From Chiloscyllium plagiosum (Eukaryota), in the NCBI RefSeq assembly GCF_004010195.1, contig NC_057750.1, positions 10,289,132 through 10,347,302 on the forward strand: DNA of 58,171 nt. Reading direction: 5' to 3'. The notes below the pieces were generated by a model, which saw only the letters and a list, made by a program, of their open reading frames with translations, made no database searches and had not been told where the DNA came from. This document shows positions 49,970-58,171 of this stretch, piece by piece; within the stretch, counting starts at the first letter, position 1, and the number at the start of each line of letters is the position of its first letter. The position numbers and the translations under genes are program-made.

Positions 49970-50355
49970 GGAGAAAGTGAGGACAGCAGATGCTGGAGAT
50001 CGGAGTCAAAAGGTGTGATGCTGGAAAAGCACAACCGGTCAGACAACATCCGAGGAGCAGGAGAATCGACGTTTAGAGCATAAGCTCTTCATCAGGATGA
50101 AGAGCTTATGCTCTAAACATTGACTCTCCTGCTCCTCGGATACTACCTGACCAGCTGTGCTTTTCCAGGACCACACGTGTGATGCTGGAAAAGCACAACC
50201 GGTCAGGCAACATCCGAGGAGCAGGAGAATCGACGTTTAGAGCATAGCATAAGCTCTTCATCAGGATGAAGAGCTTATGCTCTAAACATTGACTCTCCTG
50301 CTCCTCGGATACTACCTGACCAGCTGTGCTTTTCCAGGACCACACTTTTTGACTC
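49970..50355. mobile_element. Tandemly duplicated palindromic Penelope-like repeat (four arms)
   Basis: A ~165-bp hairpin centred on catcaggatg occurs twice in tandem; inserted in an old LINE. Confidence 0.75.
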
Positions 50356-50920
50356 GGGGTGCAACAAGTTTTGGAACACTATCGCTAGAATGTTGCCAGG
50401 GCCACAGCCTTTGCAGTACCCAGTGTCTTCAGTCATTTCTCGATATGAGATGGTGTGAATTGAGTTAGCTGTGATGGTGGGAGCTCAGTCAGACACAAAG
50501 ATGGAACATCCACTCAACACCATCGCTGAAGATGCTGTCAATATTCCAGCAATTATGACTTTTTCCCCATTCTCTAGATGGTTAATATCCCCCACAGGGT
50601 TTAGATGCCTCATTCTCATTCCCTATTTTGTTTCTTTGCTTTAATCTTCCCTTCAACATTTGCCTTAGTGTTTCTGTAGAGTCATAGAGATGTACAGCAC
50701 GGAAACAGACCCTTCGGTCCATGCCGACCAGATATCCCAACCCAATCTAGTCCCACCTGAGCTAGATAAACTCTTTGTGTAAATATTGGTATTAGTATTG
50801 TCAGTATTACTTTATTGCCTAGTTTCAGAGAAATGATCAGGTGTAGGATCCATACTGGATGGAGGTGAACATTCTCTACAGTAACAATTAGAATGGGAAG
50901 CTGTCAGACCTGCAATGATA

Positions 50921-51625
50921 TCAGAGTGATGATGTTAGCGCACGCAGAGACTTCGCAGGAAATGACGGTGTCAGCATGCGCAGTGACCAGACAGGAAATG
51001 GTGTTGATGTGGGGTGCGATGATGTCAGCACACGCAGTGACTTCATGGGGCGTAATGATGTCAGTGCCTGCAGAGACCTCACAGGGAACGATGGTGTCTG
51101 GCTATTCGTCGACTTTACATGAGGCGATGATGCCATTCCATACAGTGACTTCATATGAAGCGATGATGCCAGCCCAAAAAGTGACTTCATAGGGGTGGAT
51201 GCTGTCAGTATCTGCAGAGACCTCATGGGGAACGAAGGTGTCTGGGTGTCTGGTGACTTAGCCAAAGGTGATGATGCCAGCAGGCGCAGTGACTTCATAG
51301 GGCTAGATGATGTCAGCACGCGCAGTGATCGTATGCGGAGTGATGTAAGCATGTGTGGTGATGTCATCGGAGATGGTGATGCCATCAGCTGTGATATCAG
51401 TGTCCGCAGTGACATCACAGGGAGTGATGATGTCAGCACACGCAGTGAGGTCTCAATAAGTGATATCAGAGCTTGCAGTGACCTCATTGGGACTGATGAT
51501 GTCAGTGTGTGCAGGTCTGTACTTGTGGTGACCTCAGAGGGGCTGTTGGTGTCAGCATGTGCAGCGATGTTTTCAAGGAATTCCTCATTTACCCCGTCCC
51601 CTTTCTTCGTCACTTTGGACTCCAT
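50921..51625 (-). CDS. Candidate 234-aa ORF of degenerate 12-aa Ser/Thr/Pro/Leu repeats; product unknown
   Basis: Strong Kozak gcaaagATGG; frame open across a diverged 36-bp array (e.g. MKSLRVLTSSSP). No recognisable domain. Confidence 0.35.
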   Translation of the reverse strand: MESKVTKKGDGVNEEFLENIAAHADTNSPSEVTTSTDLHTLTSSVPMRSLQALISLIETSLRVLTSSLPVMSLRTLISQLMASPSPMTSPHMLTSLRIRSLRVLTSSSPMKSLRLLASSPLAKSPDTQTPSFPMRSLQILTASTPMKSLFGLASSLHMKSLYGMASSPHVKSTNSQTPSFPVRSLQALTSLRPMKSLRVLTSSHPTSTPFPVWSLRMLTPSFPAKSLRALTSSL

Positions 51626-52129
51626 CTTTGCTTTGATGCTTCACTCTTCAGAGAGCTGTTGTCAAAAAATGTCCTCTTGTCTGCTCAGCAATATCCGACT
51701 TCCTCGATCAGCTCAATCATCCTGTGCAAATACAGGCAGCCAAACAAACTTGTCAGCTCTAACTTTGTTTGGTGATGCCATGGGCTTCTGCTTTTTTTGT
51801 CCTAACCTGCTCCCTCTGGTGTTCACAGTGAGAATCAGCGGGAATCCACCTGGACATACAGATGGCATTTGCTAAAACAAATTTCACTTCTACCAAACAC
51901 ATTTAATGACCATACAGTTACTCATACCCATCATATGGATAGCACCATTCTGTGGTACAGACATCCCTTCCCCACCGCATACAGATAAACCCCTTCCTCA
52001 CTCATACAGATACCAACAACACCCCTTATTATACGGATACCTTCAACTTGTACAGATAACTCCCATTCCTATTGTAAATACCCATTACCCTACTGAGTTA
52101 GGGTCACCATGAGCGAATGTGATTTTTCT

Positions 52130-52680
52130 ACTACTTTCCCAGCTATGTTCCCTAAACTTAGGTCTAGCACTGACCCTGTCTTGTCGGATTTAATACATGC
52201 TGGCTTGAAAAGCTCTCCTGGATAGATTTTTGAAGAATTCTGACCCCTTTAATATCCCAGTTTGTATATCTCCCCTACTATTTTTACACCAATATTTTTA
52301 CACTTTTCTGAGATTGGCCTACATATCTGTCTTTCTATCACTCCCTGAAGGTTTAAGAATCTATAGTAAACTTCCAGCAATGTGAATGCCCTATTTTTAA
52401 GATCTGTCCATACATCTTCAGTTGAAGAACCATCTCTCCTACTGCAGTCATTGGCTTCTTGATCAATAGTGCGACACCACCTCCTCTTTTACACCCTGTT
52501 TCGCCTGAAGATTCTATATCCTGGAGTATCACTCGTCCTGCTCTTCCCTCAACTGTATCTCTATGAGAGCAATGATTCCACATCCCCAAGTGTTAATCAA
52601 CACCCTCAACACATCTATGTTACTTGCAAGACTTCTTGCTTCGAAATGAATGCCATCCAGCCTTGCCATGCTCCTTATGC
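52130..52680 (-). mobile_element. CR1 ORF2 endonuclease fragment
   Basis: KRGGGVALLIK motif. Confidence 0.65.
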
Positions 52681-53546
52681 CTTGATTTGACAATATTCAC
52701 ACTGCTTCCTAGACTGACTTGGTCAGGATAATGGTGAGATGCTGACTTTATCAGTCAACCATGAAACATGTGTTTCACTGCTCAGTGACATTTTGTGGCA
52801 CGTGTTTCTGTAAACACCCTAAGCAAGGTACACAGTTTAAGAGCCTGCAGATCTCTGTCTGTTTTGAACATTTTGAACATCACTTTTACATCGTGAGTGA
52901 AATAAATCTATTTTCCCAACTTTGGTAACATCACCCAATTAATATCCCCAGCCTCAGCTCATCTACTGTGGAAGCCCTCAGGCATTGACATTAGGCCTGA
53001 ACTAGAACAGCATAGCATTCTTGGAGGGGTGGAGGATGCTGGATAGAAACAAGGAATAGTTTCATCTGTTTGCTCCTAAACACTGAACTAATTACTTCTT
53101 GTGCTCTGCACTGAAGCCAAAAGACATTTAATAAAACAATAAATAACCTCACTGAGATTTAAAACAATAACTTCAACAAAAATCTACAAATATCTACTCC
53201 GACCACCATTGAAGTTCAGTTGGCAGTGTTACGAGCTACAAGATACACTGCATCTCACCATGGCTCCTGAGACAGCATTTTTCAAACCCCCCCCCCTCCA
53301 CCTTCACCACCACCACCACCACCATTTTGATCTAGAAGGACAAGGGCAACAGATACATAGAAACACCCCACCTGCAAGCTCCCGTCACTTTTGATTGTGA
53401 TTTTGATTGTGGACTGAAATAGGAAAAATATTTTTTTAAAAACCATGGCTGGTTAAGGATTGCTACACCTTTTAAAAATCAAGTTACCTGACACTAATTT
53501 TAAGTGCTATTTACACAGCTATTTGTTCAAGGAGTCATGGTTTGGA

Positions 53547-53890
53547 CAGCACGGTAGTTTGGTAGTTAGCACTGCTGCCTCACAATGCCAAGGACCCGGG
53601 TTCAATTCCAGCCTTGGGTGACTGTCTGTGTGGAGTTTGCGCATTCTCTCCGTGTCTGCATAGGTTTCCTCTGGGTGCTCAGGTTTCCTCCCACAATCCA
53701 AACATGTGCAGGTCAGGTGAATTGGCCATGCTAAATTGTCCATAGTGTTCAGAAATGTGTAGGTTAGGTGCATTAGCCAGGGGTAAATGTAGAGTAATCG
53801 GGTGGGGGAATGGGTCTGGGTGGGTTGCTCTTCGGAGGGTTGGTATGGACTTGTTGGGCCTAAGGGCCTGTTTCCACACTGCAGGAATTC
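53547..53890 (+). mobile_element. HE1 SINE, full length
   Basis: Head, V-domain, tail. Confidence 0.88.
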
Positions 53891-54444
53891 TTTGAGTTGG
53901 GGGTGAAGTCTAACAACAGATGAGCTGGACCATGGGTTGTGTAGATGGAGTTTCAGCTGGCAACAAGTAGCTGTTGGTCTGTGGTGTGGTGACCAGATAT
54001 CGATGCCTAAGGCCTTATGCCTGCCAACAGGTATGTAATTGGCTCCCAGGTAGCTTGAGGGTACAAGTGTTTAGGAAGGAGCAACCGATCTCCAAAAGGG
54101 GAGGAGCTGTCCCTTTTTCTCTACAGTAAAAAACACCACAAGGTTGAAGAAAGCCAGTTACATTTTCCCTCGAGTTACTGTAAACCGTGGTTGTTAATCA
54201 ATAAGTCAGTGATTTTAAGAGTGTGTACCAGTCCCCGTGTGCTTCTGCAAAGAAGTGAAAGTAAATGAGAAGGAAGATAAATGAGCAACATGCTGACAAG
54301 CTGAGATTATCCCTGGAGATAGGGGTCGTTGAACTGCCTTCTCCATCAGTACCCTCCACCTGAAACACCAATTTGTTTTTGTTTGTTTCTGTCTATATCT
54401 GTGTTTAGGGAAAGTTTATAAGGGGCTAGAGTGGAGTTAACTGG

Positions 54445-54772
54445 GGTGGCACAGTGGCTTAGTGATTAGAACTGTTATCTCACAACACCAGGAACCCAGG
54501 TTCAATTCCAGCCTCCGGTGACTGTCTGTGTGGAGTTTGCACATTCTGCCCGTGTCTGCGTGGGTTTCCTCCGGGTGCTCCGTTTCCCTCCTACAGTCCA
54601 AAGGTGTGCAGGTTAGTTGGATTGGCCATGCTAAATTGCCCATAGTATCTAGGGATGTGCAGGCTAGGTGGATTAACCATGGGACATGCAGGGCTACAGG
54701 ATGGGTGGGACACTGTTCAGAAGGTCAATGTGGGCCCGATGGGCCTGCTTCCACACTGTCAGGATCCTGTGA
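54445..54772 (+). mobile_element. HE1 SINE
   Basis: Head, V-domain, tail. Confidence 0.85.
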
Positions 54773-55402
54773 TAGCTATATGTCAATGGTTCATAAATGT
54801 GTATCTATTTAATTATAATAACTAGTGAATCTTGTGAAGTACAGAAACCTTATTTGTGATCTATTATCAACCTGGGTCTAAAAGGCAGGGAAAATGGAGA
54901 CTTTTGCATACTTTTAAAAACTTTTTTTTCTGCTAACTCTGGGAACAGCAAGACATTCTCCAGCACACTCCCATTGTAAGGCATAACACTATTCTGACTT
55001 TGAAATATGTCATTTTTCCTTCGGTTTCAATGGGTCAAAATCCTGGAATTCCCTCCCTAACTGCATTGTGCCAATGAATGGAGCACAGCAGTTCAAGAAG
55101 GCAGCTCACTACCATCACCTTCTTCAGGGCAACTGCAGATGGGCAATGGATGCTGGCTCTGCCAGCAACACCAACATCCCATGAACGAATTCACAAAAAA
55201 CTTATACTTAGTGCCTTTAGGGAGATAATGATGCATGAAGAGCTAGAGAAGTTTGGTTAAACAGGCAGACCTTAAGCAATGATATAAAGAAACGGAAAGA
55301 GGTAGGTCTGATGATTCCAATCCACTCCTGGCTGTTCTCCCACATTTTACCTTCTGTAAACCTGAAGCTATCCAAAACTCTGTGGCTGGTATCCTAACCT
55401 GC

Positions 55403-56118
55403 ACCTCACAGCATCAGGGACCTAGATTCAATTTCAGCCTCGGGGGACTGGAATTTGCACATGCTTCCCATCTCTGCATGGGATTCCTCCAGTTTCATCC
55501 CACAGTGCAAGGATTGGCCATGCTAAATTGCCCATAGTGTCCAGGGAGATGTGGGGGTTAGCCACAGAAAATGCAGGATTACAGGGATAGGATAGGGGAA
55601 TGGGTCTGAATGGGATGCTGGTTGGAGGATCAGTGTGGGCTCGATTGGCCAAATGGCCTGCTTCCATACTGCAGGGGATCCTGTGATTTTGTGAGTGTGG
55701 CATGGTGGCTCAGTGGTTAGCACTGCTGCCTTACAGCTCCAGAGACCCGAGTTTTATTCCAGCCTTGGGCAGCTGTGTGGAGTTTGCACATTCTCAGGTT
55801 AATGGGGTGGCACAGTGTCTCAGTGGTTAGCACTGCTGCCTCACAGCACCAGGGATCCAGGTTTGATTCCAGCCTTGGGCAACAGTGGAGTTTGCACATT
55901 CTCCCCTTGTTTGCGTGGATTTCCTCCCACACTGACCATCTTAAGAGCATTCCCTGTAACTCTGCATTCCCCATGGCCAATCCATCTAACCTGCACTTCT
56001 TTGGACTGTGGGAGGAAACTGGAGCACCTGGAAGAAACCCACACAGACACAGAGAGATTAGATTAGATTCCCTACAGTATGGAAACAGGCCCATCGGCCC
56101 AACAAGTCCACACTGACA
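55403..56118. mobile_element. Cluster of whole and partial HE1 copies in both orientations
   Basis: Three plus-strand heads followed by minus-strand pieces. Confidence 0.8.
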
Positions 56119-57524
56119 CTCCTTAAAGCCTACCTTATTTACATCAAACTTTGGGTCCAATGCCTGTAATATTTTCTAATGTGGTCTGGTGTCAAAGATT
56201 GTCTAATAAAAGTAAAGTCACCATGGGTACAGAGGAGGGTGCATCCCTCCTTAAGACAGAGAAAGATGACTGCTGGTAGTATATAACCTGACAGTCACCC
56301 ACAACCTCAGGTGAGAGGAGAGGCATGAAGAGAAGAGTCCTTCATGCTCACTTCAGCTGTTGCAGAAATTGAACCCATACTGTTGGCATCACTCTATATC
56401 ACAAAACCAGCCAACTGAGCTAACTGACAATGGAACAGGTGACTTGACTGGAGACCAATGCTGATTCTTGGTGTGAATGACATCCAGTGCATGTTCGGAC
56501 ACTGGCCACAATGTTTTGAATGGCCTCATGTTTATGGACGCTAGAATGCAGAAGAACAGCCAAAAGTGAAGAAAGATTCTTGGAGCTGAAAGGTTAACTT
56601 TGTTTCTCTCTTCACAGATGTTGCCAGGTGTGCTGAGTTTCTCCAGAACTTTATATTTATTGTTTTAGATTTCCAGCATCTGCAGTTCTTTGTTTTATTT
56701 TACTGGATTGGATGAGTCACATCCACTGGTAATGAAGACGCTGCCTCTCTGGGTTCCTTCAAAATATTTCTTAAGATCTACCTTTTTGAGTGTTTGGTAA
56801 GGCTTCTGTGAAGCAGTTTGGGATGTTTCATTCGTATAAAAGCGCTATAGGTTTGTTGTTACTGACGTTTTAACTCTGTTAACTTGCTAGTTCTTTTCAG
56901 AACAGTGGGCTTCATTGCAAAATGCAGAAAGGAAGTCATTAATTGAGTAAAATTAAAATCAGAAGAAGTCACTGGGTTCGAAACGTTATCTATTTTCTCT
57001 GCTAGAGCTGCCACTTTTGTTTTTTTTAATTCAGTGATTCATTCAAAACCCACGCCTCCTTCTAGATTCTTTTGCCACTATAATTCCATTTTTATTTTAC
57101 CAATTCCAATTCTGTGGTGTCTCCTGCCCTCCAAACAAGCACCAGAATTCTCTCCCTCCGCTCTTAAACCAGCATCACCAAAAAGATTAAAAACAGAGTG
57201 TTGCGGACGATGGAAATCTGAAGTTAAAATAGAGAGCGCAAGAGGACTATCTGGTCACAATCACGATGAGGAGGAGCTTGTTGTGTGCAAACGGGCATTT
57301 ACAACTTTCAAAGTGTAGAGAACGGAATTGAGGTGTCACTTGATCGTGAAAGGCTCTGCTTAAATATGTGATCACCTGTTCTGCTGTTGCCTTCTCCATC
57401 TCCAAGTCGTTTTAGTTTTGATTACGATGGCGAACCTTCGGGGATGATCTATAAAAACAAACGGTCTTGGGAGGAGTTCAGAGGAGGGGGGAGCTCCGTG
57501 TCGGCGAAAGGATGAGACAGGAGG

Positions 57525-57980
57525 GGTATATGTGTGTGCGCGTAAATTAGAGAATGTGTGAGTGAGATGAGTTGTCCTTGTGAGATTGAGTGTGTCAATG
57601 TGTGAGCGAGAGCTTGTGTATGTGCAAGATTGAATGTGACTGTGTGAAATTGACAGTGATTGACAATCTCACACACACTTTGACACACTCAAAGTATGTG
57701 TAAAATTGTGAGAGTCCATGTGAGACTACCTGTGAGAGAGATTGAGGGTGTGTACATGTTATGTGAGAGTGACTTATGTGTGTGTGGATGTATGAGTGTG
57801 TAAATGTTGTGTGTGGGGTGTGTGTGTGTATGGTATGAGTGTGTATATGGTGTGTGTGTATATGGGTGTGTGTATGGTATGGGTAAGTGTGTATGGGTGT
57901 GAGTGTGTGTATGGTATGGGTGTGTATAGGTGTGTGTATATGTAAGTGTGTATGGGTGTGTGTGTTTGTTATGTGTATGA
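57525..57980. repeat. Degenerate (TG)-rich microsatellite region
   Basis: Composition visible directly. Confidence 0.85.
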
Positions 57981-58171
57981 CCCTGTTGCCTAGCACTTGT
58001 TTTACACAAACAGATGTCAACAATGGCCGGAAGCACAACCCTAACCCCGCCGCGGGTGACGCAGAAGCACTTCCTGTTCGCCCTGAATCGGTGCGTAAGT
58101 CTAGAAAGTTCGATACGTCGAAGCGGGCGGCGGTGAGTCAGTCTCAGGTAACGGATGCTTTCCATGTACCC
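57980..58171. promoter_or_regulatory. CpG-rich promoter / first exon of a neighbouring gene
   Basis: Abrupt CpG enrichment; Ets sites CCGGAAG 58027-58033 and ACTTCCTG 58069-58076; TGACGCA 58057-58063; X-box-like GTTGCCTAGCAC ~57985; plus-strand donors gtaagt 58095, gtgagt 58133, gtaacg 58148. Confidence 0.6.

Noticed and set aside
51641..51715. Selenocysteine read-through of three in-frame TGA codons
   Set aside because: No SECIS recognised and no redox motif context; CpG decay or 5' UTR status is simpler.
51195..51875. 226-aa plus-strand ORF
   Set aside because: Exact antisense of the minus frame; it has stops elsewhere in the same array and a GTG start.
57595..58165. His/Thr-rich ORFs
   Set aside because: Translation of a TG microsatellite.

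Overview
Vertebrate genomic DNA, almost certainly from an elasmobranch (shark or ray), judged by dense HE1-type SINEs and HER1/CR1 LINE fragments. The only confidently identifiable protein-coding gene is fosb on the minus strand: coding exons 1-3 at 5108-4980, 1365-1084 and 373-266, with the last exon off the left edge. It has an immediate-early promoter (TATA, two full CREs, CArG/SRE) and a CpG-rich regulatory island in intron 1. The ~52 kb upstream is mostly retroelements: HE1, a second SINE family, DeuSINE remnants, CR1, L2, Rex1/Babar, RTE and several Penelope-like families. It also holds minisatellites, two assembly gaps and a degenerate tRNA-iMet + tRNA-Ser(GCT) pair, and it ends in a CpG promoter at the right edge. 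The most striking hidden structure is a set of at least four sequence-divergent Penelope-like families whose termini all fold into the same minimal hammerhead ribozyme with compensatory stems. Many occur as short fold-back insertions with 8-15 bp target-site duplications. A 234-aa ORF built from 12-aa repeats (51625-50921, minus) and several unique protein-like segments may belong to an unannotated or decayed minus-strand gene; that part is tentative. Family names come from recalled consensus sequences, not database searches, and repeat boundaries are approximate.
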